DNA from: an uncultured Acidimicrobiia bacterium
Lineage (GTDB): Bacteria; Actinomycetota; Acidimicrobiia; Spongiisociales; UBA5794
DNA length: 64,000 nucleotides
Assembly: GCA_963704825.1 (NCBI GenBank)
Contig: CAVPHV010000017.1
Location: 359,325-423,324, forward strand
Direction: 5' to 3'
Shown here: one piece after another, positions 8,396 through 15,630 of the stretch
Layout of the letters: each line of letters opens with the position of its first letter
How positions within the stretch are numbered: the first letter of the stretch is position 1
Position numbers and translations under genes: made by a program
The notes under the pieces: generated by a model
What the model saw: only the letters and a program-made list of their open reading frames with translations
Databases searched by the model: none
Told to the model about the DNA's origin: nothing

Positions 8396-8569
8396 CCGGG
8401 CCGTTCAGCTCCGGGCAGGCAAAGCGTCTGGTACGCAGGTTCAACCGCTGACCGGGCCGCTCAGCTCCGGGCAGGCAAAGCGTCTGGTACGCAGGTTCAA
8501 CCGCTGACCGGGCCGCTCAGCTCCGGGCAGGCAAAGCGTCTGGTACGCAGGTTCAACCGCTGACCGGGT
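8338..8569. repeat. MIRU-like VNTR: about 4.1 tandem direct copies of a 56-bp unit (consensus ~GACCGGGCCGCTCAGCTCCGGGCAGGCAAAGCGTCTGGTACGCAGGTTCAACCGCT), each carrying an in-frame TGA.
   Basis: Copy starts at about 8338, 8394, 8450, 8506 and 8562 (period 56). Copy 1 is slightly diverged and forms the 3' end plus stop of the Grx-like CDS. Every further copy re-encodes LTGPLSSGQAKRLVRRFNR* in a shifted frame (56 = 2 mod 3). No spacers, so not CRISPR. Confidence 0.85.
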
Positions 8570-8610
8570 GCTGATTCTGGCGCCGCGACCCCCCACTATC
8601 CTCCAAAAAC

Positions 8611-9237
8611 GTGAAGACGAGCATCCCGAAAGCCACCATTGCCAGGCTGCCGCTCTACCTGCGGTGCCTCAGCGACCTCGCTGCGGCACAGACGACCTGC
8701 TCGTCCGATCAGTTGGCGACCAATGCCGGAGTCAACTCCGCCCAGGTGCGCAAAGACCTGTCCTATTTGGACGTCAGCGGGGTGCGCGGGGTGGGCTACT
8801 CCGTGGTCGAACTGCGCCACCAGTTGTCTACCGCCCTTGGCTTGAACCAGGGGTATGCGGTGGCGATCGTCGGCGCCGGCAATCTGGGGACGGCGTTGAG
8901 CAATTACGGTGGGTTCGCCGCGTGGGGCTTCACTGTGGCAGGGGTGTTCGACATCGATGCGGCAAAGGTCGGCACCGAGGTTGGCGGCCACCTGGTGCGT
9001 CCGCTGGTCGACTTGGAGGAGATCGTGCAGCAGCGCGACATCGCCATCGGCATCGTCGCCACGCCGGCAAATGCCGCTCAGCAGGTCGCCGACAGGTTCA
9101 TCGCCTCCGGGCTGCGGTCAATCCTCAACTTTGCGCCGACGGTGCTCCAGGTGCCCGACAACGTGTCGGTACGACGAGTGGATCTCTCCACCGAATTGCA
9201 GATTCTCACGTTCCATCTTCAGCAGGACGCCGGCTGA
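8611..9237 (+). CDS. rex: Redox-sensing transcriptional repressor Rex.
   Basis: N-terminus IPKATIARLPLYLRCL (winged HTH); Rossmann GAGNLGTAL. Typical 208-aa size. Confidence 0.9.
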   Translation: MKTSIPKATIARLPLYLRCLSDLAAAQTTCSSDQLATNAGVNSAQVRKDLSYLDVSGVRGVGYSVVELRHQLSTALGLNQGYAVAIVGAGNLGTALSNYGGFAAWGFTVAGVFDIDAAKVGTEVGGHLVRPLVDLEEIVQQRDIAIGIVATPANAAQQVADRFIASGLRSILNFAPTVLQVPDNVSVRRVDLSTELQILTFHLQQDAG

Positions 9238-9284
9238 CCGTCGGCTTTGGAGGCGGTGCCGCGTTGATCAGATGGGGCGCCCGT

Positions 9285-9794
9285 TCAGGCGGACTCTTCC
9301 GCCGCGTTCTCATAGCGGTCGAGTGCCGCGACGAACATCAGGAACAGGATCAGTGAGCCGAGGGTGAGCGCAATCGCAGGCACCCGAACCTGGAAGGCGT
9401 TCAGCCCTTCAACATCGGAGGGCCGCAGCCCGCGCGGGGCGTAGACCACGAACAGGGCGCTGCCGATGACCAGCCAACCAAACGTGGCGGCGCCGGTGAC
9501 GAGGAAGGCGAGGCGGGCGCCCAGGTTGGTGTAGAGCAGTAGGTAGCCGCTGCCGATGAACGCGATGATCGAGGTCACGGTGATGAGTACCCCTCGGGTC
9601 GCAACCGAGAAGGCCGTTACCCGGCCGGTGTCGGGATCGACCTGCTTGAAGATGGCGTCGTAGATGTCCCCGAACAGGCCCCGCACCGGCGGAATGAACG
9701 AAAGGATGGCGACGATGATGGCAAAGACGCCAAGCCACTCGAGGGCAGTCAGCCCTGCTTCATCACTATGGAATCGCCGGCGCAGGTTGCTCAC
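9285..9794 (-). CDS. Small integral membrane protein (169 aa, about 4 TM), last gene of the bc-complex operon.
   Basis: Its ATG overlaps the stop of the upstream cytochrome c gene (ATGA). The N-terminal GLTALEWLG is superficially Flp/TadE-prepilin-like (G-x-T-A-x-E-[YF]), probably coincidental. Four hydrophobic helices. Confidence 0.5.
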   Translation of the reverse strand: MSNLRRRFHSDEAGLTALEWLGVFAIIVAILSFIPPVRGLFGDIYDAIFKQVDPDTGRVTAFSVATRGVLITVTSIIAFIGSGYLLLYTNLGARLAFLVTGAATFGWLVIGSALFVVYAPRGLRPSDVEGLNAFQVRVPAIALTLGSLILFLMFVAALDRYENAAEESA

Positions 9795-11464
9795 ATCGAC
9801 CTTTCATACTGGACGATGAGTCGGATGTCTTCCTCAGACAGGATCTGCCCAAATGCGGGCATCCAGCCATTGCCGATCCCGTTGACGCCGTAGTTCCTGG
9901 CCAGCTCGGAACCCTCGATGATGAACTTGACCTGGTCGTCCGCATTCGGGAACTGGCTGACGGAGGCACCACCGACAAGCGATGGCCCCCAGGCCCCGCT
10001 GCCGGCTTCCTGCTCGAAGGCAACCCCGGCGCTGTAGCCGGCGGTGTGACAGCGGGCGCAGTAGCCGTTGAACAGACCGACGGCCCGCTCGCTGTCGGCC
10101 ACGCTGAGCCCGGTGTTGGCAGCCACCTCGTCGAAGTCGACCGCCCACAGTTGCTCTGCCTCGGCGTCACGTAGGAAGTTGAGGCCCTCGACTGCAGTGT
10201 TCAGGAAGACCTCTTGGCGCTCGGTCACCACGCCAAGGGTGAGATGTGCGGTGCTGAGGTCATTCATCCAAGCGTCGAGCGAGTCGATGTCGGCAATGGC
10301 CACTCCCGCAGCGTCGGTCATCGTGAAAGCCTTGCTCGGGTCGAGCATGAGGTCGTACAGGTGTGGATACAAGCCGACGTTGGGCACGATCGTCACCTCA
10401 TACGTGATGTTCCCGTCGTCGTCCTCGACCGGGGACACCACCCGCACCACCACGGTGTCCGCGGTGATGGCGGCCAGCGAGTTCGGATCCCGCTCACCGT
10501 CCACGGACCCGGCGATGAGGCGTTCGGCTTCGTCGCTGATTCCGTCGCGGTCGGTGTCGAGCCCGGCCTGGTTGCAGGATGACCCGACCATGGCGGCGGA
10601 CTCATCGGTGCAGGTCCCGTCGCCGGCCAGGATGAAAGCGATGTTGGTCGGTGTGGCGCCTGCCTGCTCCAGTGTCTCGAACTTTGCCGGGGCGTCATTC
10701 AAGTCGGCGATGACTGCTTGTTCGGCGGCAATACGGGCGGCGACTGCCTCGGCGCCGCCGGCGATGCGGGCCAGGGCGGCGTCCACCGTCGGTTGGATCT
10801 TGGCGAGGGCATCGCCCTGGGAGATTTGGAACGACTCGATGAAGGCCATGACCTGGTCGACTTCCTGGGTGCTCATGGCGCCGCCGCCTTCGAGACCGTT
10901 GGCCGGCATCGGGGTGCCGGCGCGCCCGTAGACGACCCAGAACTCGACCTCTTCTTCGCTATAGCGGTAGAAGACATCGTTGAGCGAGGGAACGGCCCAC
11001 GAGGTCTCCAACCCGCTGCGTTCCTCCGTGTAGGCCGCGCCGCCACCGCCCCCGTCGGCGCCGTGGCAGTTGGTGCACACGAAGTTGGTGTACCACCTGT
11101 GGCCCTCTTCGATGTAGAGCTCGCTTTGGGCCTCCGCCGCCTCAGCCTGGCGGTCTGACTCGATGATGTAGTAGACCGGGATGAGGAGAGCAAGAACGCC
11201 GGCTGCAACTACGGCCGACGTCAGGATCTTGGTTAGCCGTCTGTTCTCCAGCTCATCGTCGGAGAGGTACGGCTGAAGGTTGGGCGGGGTTTCGTCGGCC
11301 TTCTTCTTGCCGACCCGCCTGCTGTTGATGATGAGGTAGCCCACCCAGATCAGGAAGGCGCCGATGACCACGATGAGCACAAACGCGCCGAGCCCGACGT
11401 TGGCAGGACCGGCCGGTGTGCTGTCGGTCTCCGCCGTCGCGAGGATGATCGATGCCGCCGTCAC
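9791..11464 (-). CDS. Membrane-anchored dihaem cytochrome c (about 557 aa) with a roughly 300-aa insert between the two haem domains.
   Basis: Two CxxCH motifs (CTNCHGADG and CARCHTAGYS). N-terminal TM VGLGAFVLIVVIGAFLIWVGYLII. The insert contains DTDRDGISDEAE (DxDxDG Ca-binding-like). Start assigned to GTG 11464, overlapping the Rieske stop (GTGA); the 620-aa ORF start at 11653 lies deep inside the Rieske gene. Confidence 0.75.
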   Translation of the reverse strand: MTAASIILATAETDSTPAGPANVGLGAFVLIVVIGAFLIWVGYLIINSRRVGKKKADETPPNLQPYLSDDELENRRLTKILTSAVVAAGVLALLIPVYYIIESDRQAEAAEAQSELYIEEGHRWYTNFVCTNCHGADGGGGGAAYTEERSGLETSWAVPSLNDVFYRYSEEEVEFWVVYGRAGTPMPANGLEGGGAMSTQEVDQVMAFIESFQISQGDALAKIQPTVDAALARIAGGAEAVAARIAAEQAVIADLNDAPAKFETLEQAGATPTNIAFILAGDGTCTDESAAMVGSSCNQAGLDTDRDGISDEAERLIAGSVDGERDPNSLAAITADTVVVRVVSPVEDDDGNITYEVTIVPNVGLYPHLYDLMLDPSKAFTMTDAAGVAIADIDSLDAWMNDLSTAHLTLGVVTERQEVFLNTAVEGLNFLRDAEAEQLWAVDFDEVAANTGLSVADSERAVGLFNGYCARCHTAGYSAGVAFEQEAGSGAWGPSLVGGASVSQFPNADDQVKFIIEGSELARNYGVNGIGNGWMPAFGQILSEEDIRLIVQYERSM

Positions 11465-12360
11465 ACGCACGATGGTCCCTGCGGATAGGCAATGGTCTTG
11501 ATGGTGGCCCGGGAGGTCTCGAGGACCTGGCCCGTCTGAACGACGAGGTCGCCGTTGTCGTTGATCTCGACGGCGAAGCGGTCCATGTTGCGCGGCGCCG
11601 GTCCATCCACGTACTCGCCGTGGAAGTTGTACTTGGAGCCGTGACAGGGGCATTCAAAACCCTGCGACGACAGACACTCGGGGACCCGGCAGCCGAGGTG
11701 GACACAGCGCTGCCAGAGTGCCATCAGGCCCGGCTCGCTGCCGTCGGTGGCGACCACGGGAAGACCAGCGAATGAGCTGGCATCCTGGACATTGGAGTCG
11801 AACGGAACGATCCACGATTGGGCCGCGGCCACGAAGACCGGCTGGACGGAGCCGTCGGCTTGGATCATCTGGAGCTGCAGCTCGGTGAAGTTGCCTGCGT
11901 TGATTGGTGAGCCAAAGCCACCCTTCAGCTTCGGCCACAGGAAGGCCAGGAAGCTCAGCGATAGTCCTCCGAGGAAGGCACCGACGAACAGACCGAACAA
12001 TGCTCGGTTCAGGAACTTGCGGCGGGTGACGCCGTACTCGGCGGACGTGATCGGGATCCTCTCCAGTGCCGGATCTGGCGGCGGGGCCGCCGGCCCAGTA
12101 GCCGTCTCAGACTCGGCCGTTGTGGCGGTGTCGTCTTCAGCGGTTGCCGTCAACGTGGCAACCGCGGTTCCGCCTCCGTCGGCAGCAGACGCCTGTCGTC
12201 GGCGGTCGGAGCGAACCGCACGCTTGTCGAGCTTGCCGGTTGCGGCCGAGGTGATGGGTTCGGCGGACGGGCCGCGGCGCCATGCCACAGTGAACACCGC
12301 GAGGGCCGCCAGCCCTGCGGCGGCGACAATGCCAATGACGAAGATGGTGGTTGCGCTCAT
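11461..12360 (-). CDS. Rieske [2Fe-2S] iron-sulfur subunit of a cytochrome bc-type complex (Tat signal).
   Basis: CVHLGCRV...CPCHGSKY Rieske boxes. Twin-arginine RRKFLNRALFGLFVG. Start taken at the internal ATG 12360 (MSATTIFVIG...), which overlaps the upstream stop (ATGA). Confidence 0.85.
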   Translation of the reverse strand: MSATTIFVIGIVAAAGLAALAVFTVAWRRGPSAEPITSAATGKLDKRAVRSDRRRQASAADGGGTAVATLTATAEDDTATTAESETATGPAAPPPDPALERIPITSAEYGVTRRKFLNRALFGLFVGAFLGGLSLSFLAFLWPKLKGGFGSPINAGNFTELQLQMIQADGSVQPVFVAAAQSWIVPFDSNVQDASSFAGLPVVATDGSEPGLMALWQRCVHLGCRVPECLSSQGFECPCHGSKYNFHGEYVDGPAPRNMDRFAVEINDNGDLVVQTGQVLETSRATIKTIAYPQGPSCV

Positions 12361-13577
12361 CAGAAATCGAAGAAGACGCCGTCGACCCAGGGGAACGTGA
12401 AGTTGAATCCCGGTCCTCGGAAGAACGACCCGTAGATGGTCAGCACTGCGGCTGCGAACAGGAAGAAGCTGAAGATCATGATGGCCAGCTTTCGGTCGGA
12501 CGGCCGCACCGATGGGTTGCGGTCGACGTAGGGAATCATGGCGAGCCCAATGGCACCGAAGGTCGGGACGATGATCCCGGCGACCTGAGGGTCGAAGTAA
12601 GAGAGCAGTTCTTGGAGTCCGAGGAAGTACCACGGCGCCTTGGATGGGTTGGGCTGTTCGTTGAAGTTGGCGAACTCGAGTAACGGGGCGTCAACAAACA
12701 CCGAGAAGACGAACAATGCCGCCAGCACCACCATGAGAGCGACAAACTCGATGGCGAGCAGATGCGGCCAGACGCTCACCTTGTCATGCGGTTCGGACTT
12801 GACCTGTTGGATCGCCCCGGCTTTGACGACGGTCAGCAAACGTTGGGTGCGGACGCCCTCTGGAATCGCCTGTGCGGCGGCAGGTGCGGCGGCAGCCGCC
12901 GCACCACCGGCGGCGGGGACGGCCGCGGGTGGCGGGGCAGGTGCGCCGCCTGCCATCGTGGGAACGGCGGTGCCGTCCTTCCTCGCTCTGGCCACCATCG
13001 CCCGTTGCAGGAGAGGTACCGGTACTCCGTAGGTTGCGGACTCGGCATCGAGGTCGCGCACCGGCCCGGTGGGTGCTGCCAATGGAGCGGGGGCGGCTGC
13101 GGCGGGTTGAGCAGCGGGCGGCGCTTCGGCCACGGCCGCCTCTCCTGCGGGCGTTGCACCCATGAGTTCAGCCATGACCTCATCGACCGAGCGACCTTCC
13201 CTCTTGGCCCGCGCCTCGGCGGATCGTCGGACGAGGTGTTCGGGGAGACCCGGCCCGCCGCCGGTCGGTGCCGCGGCGGCAGGTGCAGCCGGTTCGGGGG
13301 CGGCGGCCGGTGGAGCAGCCCCGGTCAGCTCGGCCATCACTTCCTCAACGGAGCGGCCCTCCTTCTTGGCGCGAGCCTCGGCGGTCCGGCGGAGGAGGGC
13401 TTCGGGGATCTGTGCGGCCTCGCCACTTGCGGCGGCAGGTGCAGCAGGTTCGGGTGCGGCGGGCGGTGGAGCGGCTTCACCCTTCATCTCTGCCAGCACT
13501 TCGTCGACGCTCCGCCCCTCGGCCTTGGCACGGGCCTCGGCGGATCGCCTCAGAATGCTTTCGGGTATCTCTGCCAC
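12360..13577 (-). CDS. Cytochrome b6f subunit-IV-like / cytochrome b C-terminal-domain protein with a long N-terminal Ala/Pro-rich extension carrying 3.5 copies of a roughly 25-aa motif.
   Basis: C-terminal about 140 aa have 3 TM helices and the P(E)WY motif (APWYFLGLQELL). N-terminal repeats IPESILRRSAEARAKAEGRSVDEVLAEMKG / IPEALLRRTAEARAKKEGRSVEEVMAELTG / LPEHLVRRSAEARAKREGRSVDEVMAELMG are separated by AP-rich linkers. Confidence 0.75.
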   Translation of the reverse strand: MAEIPESILRRSAEARAKAEGRSVDEVLAEMKGEAAPPPAAPEPAAPAAASGEAAQIPEALLRRTAEARAKKEGRSVEEVMAELTGAAPPAAAPEPAAPAAAAPTGGGPGLPEHLVRRSAEARAKREGRSVDEVMAELMGATPAGEAAVAEAPPAAQPAAAAPAPLAAPTGPVRDLDAESATYGVPVPLLQRAMVARARKDGTAVPTMAGGAPAPPPAAVPAAGGAAAAAAPAAAQAIPEGVRTQRLLTVVKAGAIQQVKSEPHDKVSVWPHLLAIEFVALMVVLAALFVFSVFVDAPLLEFANFNEQPNPSKAPWYFLGLQELLSYFDPQVAGIIVPTFGAIGLAMIPYVDRNPSVRPSDRKLAIMIFSFFLFAAAVLTIYGSFFRGPGFNFTFPWVDGVFFDF

Positions 13578-13586
13578 GCGGTCTCC

Positions 13587-14369
13587 TTAGAGCGGACCCG
13601 AGATGCCGCCGTCTTTGCGCACTCGCCAGAAGTGCACGGCCATGAACACCACGATCACGAACGGGAAGAACAAGACGTGGAGGACGTACCACCGCAGCAG
13701 CGTGTCCGGCGTGATCTGGACGCCGCCGATCAACGCAAAGGACACTTGATCTCCCAACACCGGCGCATAGGCCCCCATGTTGGTGCCGACGGTCACCGCC
13801 CATACAGCCAATTGGTCCCACGGCAGCAGGTAGCCGGTGAACGAGAGGAGCAGGGTGAGGAGAAGGAGGATGATGCCGACCACCCAGTTGAATTCGCGGG
13901 GCGGCTTGTAGGCGCCGTGGTAGAAGACCCGAGCCATGTGGAGGAACACGGTCAGCACCATCAGGTGGGCACCCCATCGGTGCATGTTGCGTACCAACTG
14001 ACCAAAGGCCACGTCGGTCGAAAGCGCCTGGATGTCCTGGAAGGCGGCCGGTGACGTCGGCCGGTAGTAGAACATCAGGAAGATGCCGGTGATCGTGAGC
14101 AGGATGAACAGGAAGAACGAGAGTCCGCCGAGACAGAGGGTGTAGGAGAGCCGGACGCCGTGGCGCTTCACCTTCACCGGGTGGAGGTGGTAGAGCACGT
14201 TGTTCATGATCACATAGGAGCGGTTGCGGGGGCTGTCCGAGTAGCCAGCGCGCAGCGGTGAGCCGGGGCGGAAGATGCTCGACCACACCTGGCTGGATTG
14301 GATGCTCTCACCGACTTGGACCAGGCGCTCTTTCAGCCCGACCTTGCCGTCTCCGTTCCCGTTCGCCAC
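13587..14369 (-). CDS. Cytochrome b6-type (short, 260 aa) cytochrome b N-terminal domain protein.
   Basis: Four TM helices with bis-haem His pairs (MHRWGAHLMVLTVFLHM and RWYVLHVLFFPFVIVVFMAVHFWRVRKDGGISGP), typical of PetB/QcrB (Bacillus-type). Confidence 0.85.
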   Translation of the reverse strand: MANGNGDGKVGLKERLVQVGESIQSSQVWSSIFRPGSPLRAGYSDSPRNRSYVIMNNVLYHLHPVKVKRHGVRLSYTLCLGGLSFFLFILLTITGIFLMFYYRPTSPAAFQDIQALSTDVAFGQLVRNMHRWGAHLMVLTVFLHMARVFYHGAYKPPREFNWVVGIILLLLTLLLSFTGYLLPWDQLAVWAVTVGTNMGAYAPVLGDQVSFALIGGVQITPDTLLRWYVLHVLFFPFVIVVFMAVHFWRVRKDGGISGPL

Positions 14370-14433
14370 CCGACCTCCTCAAAGGCGTCGATAGTCTCAC
14401 CCACGGCAAGCGCCGGTCAAAATCGACCGTCGC

Positions 14434-14880
14434 TCACCAACGTACTCCGTATGCATACCCGTTCTTGAAGTCGCGAGCTCCTGTGTCGTACTCCCACGGC
14501 GCCAGACCGTGCTCATCTGCTTCCGCCGACAGCGAGCCGGCGAATTTGCCGAGCGAGATCACGCCGGTGGGGCAGCGGTCGATGCAGAGTGCACATCTGG
14601 TGCACTCATCCTCGTCGACCACGAAAAACCCCTTGTTCTCGGCATTTGACCCGGGGTCATCAACGTTGACCCCCTCGGCGATGGCGTCAACCGACAAGTA
14701 GTGGATGCACTTCCAGGGACAGATGTCGACACATCCCTCACACAGAATGCACTCGGCCTGGTTGATGTGAAGGAACTGCTTCGGCTTGACTGCTGCGATC
14801 AGGTACGCCCCGTCGACGGCGGCGAGTTGATAGTCGTCGCGCATCGGCGGGGTTTCGAACCAGACGTCGCTCTTGGCCAT
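14434..14880 (-). CDS. 2x[4Fe-4S] ferredoxin-like protein encoded inside the bc-complex operon.
   Basis: Two CxxCxxCxxxCP motifs (CILCEGCVDICP and CTRCALCIDRCP). Start at internal ATG 14880 (MAKSDVWF...). There is a 5-nt gap to the upstream gene. Confidence 0.75.
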   Translation of the reverse strand: MAKSDVWFETPPMRDDYQLAAVDGAYLIAAVKPKQFLHINQAECILCEGCVDICPWKCIHYLSVDAIAEGVNVDDPGSNAENKGFFVVDEDECTRCALCIDRCPTGVISLGKFAGSLSAEADEHGLAPWEYDTGARDFKNGYAYGVRW

Positions 14881-14885
14881 CTTCG

Positions 14886-15404
14886 CTACCTCTCGACCTT
14901 GGTCATGGGCCGACCATACGTCGAGACCGGTTGCGGCGGCGGACCGGATGCGATCTTCTTCTGCTGGTCCTGCCACTTGATCATCACGAAGGCGATGGCG
15001 CCGGTGATGGCGACGGAGTAGCCGGCCACGATCATGTCCTTGATGACTGCGTAGCTGATGGAAACGTCGTTGTTGAGCACAAGCACAGGGGGAATCGTGA
15101 GGAAGTTCTTCTGGGGCGTCCACTCCCATACCGCCTGAGTGAGCGTGAGCCATTGGTTGGGGATGACGCCGTAGAGGATGACCATCAGGCCGGTGAAGAG
15201 TGCGGCACCGAGCGAGGCGCGGGCCCAGGTCATCTTCCGCTTGTAGAGGAAGGCGAGTGTGGCGCTCGCCATGGCGAGGAGCACGCCGCCCAGGGCGACG
15301 AGTTGACCGAACAGTACGAAGCCCCACCCACGGGGGATTGCGGGGTAGATCTCCCGGCCGAGGTCGTCGAACTCGTTGAGACCGGTGAAGTGCGCAATGA
15401 GCAC
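14886..15404 (-). CDS. Integral membrane protein (172 aa, about 4 TM), first gene of the bc-complex operon; GTG start.
   Basis: Hydrophobic helices (WGFVLFGQLVALGGVLLAMASATLAF..., LGAALFTGLMVILYGVI...). No recognisable family. Confidence 0.5.
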   Translation of the reverse strand: MLIAHFTGLNEFDDLGREIYPAIPRGWGFVLFGQLVALGGVLLAMASATLAFLYKRKMTWARASLGAALFTGLMVILYGVIPNQWLTLTQAVWEWTPQKNFLTIPPVLVLNNDVSISYAVIKDMIVAGYSVAITGAIAFVMIKWQDQQKKIASGPPPQPVSTYGRPMTKVER

Positions 15405-15630
15405 TCCGATGACCAGCGTGACCAGGCCAACGAAGATGCCGGCGATGCCTGCCCTGAAGTAGTTTCGATGCTCCAGTTCGCCCTCCTGGTCCGTGCGGTG
15501 CGCACCTTACCGCGCCGAGATCGCCCCGGCCGCCGTCATTCTATGCAGACCGATGCCACTCTCGAAGCTCGACAGAGTTTTTCCCTTCCTGTCTGATAGC
15601 TAGGCTGCGCCCCGCCCGACGGGACGACCA

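Noticed and set aside
8338-8569. Possible CRISPR array (regularly spaced identical 56-bp units).
   Set aside because: The units are directly adjacent with no unique spacers between them. Copy 1 is part of a CDS and each unit carries a stop codon. This is MIRU-type VNTR architecture, not CRISPR.
11465-11653. Longer start (ATG 11653) for the dihaem cytochrome c.
   Set aside because: It would overlap the Rieske gene by 190 nt in another frame. GTG 11464 gives the classic GTGA stop-start coupling and begins right before the TM anchor.
15405-15630. Rex operator (TTGTGAA-N4-TTCACAA-like) expected upstream of the respiratory operons given the nearby rex gene (also checked 24589..24659 and 57153..57363).
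   Set aside because: I found no TTGTGAA/TTCACAA half-sites by eye in these intergenic regions, only short GC-rich palindromes (e.g. GGTGCGCACC), which are common by chance at this GC content. A PWM scan would be needed before claiming Rex control.
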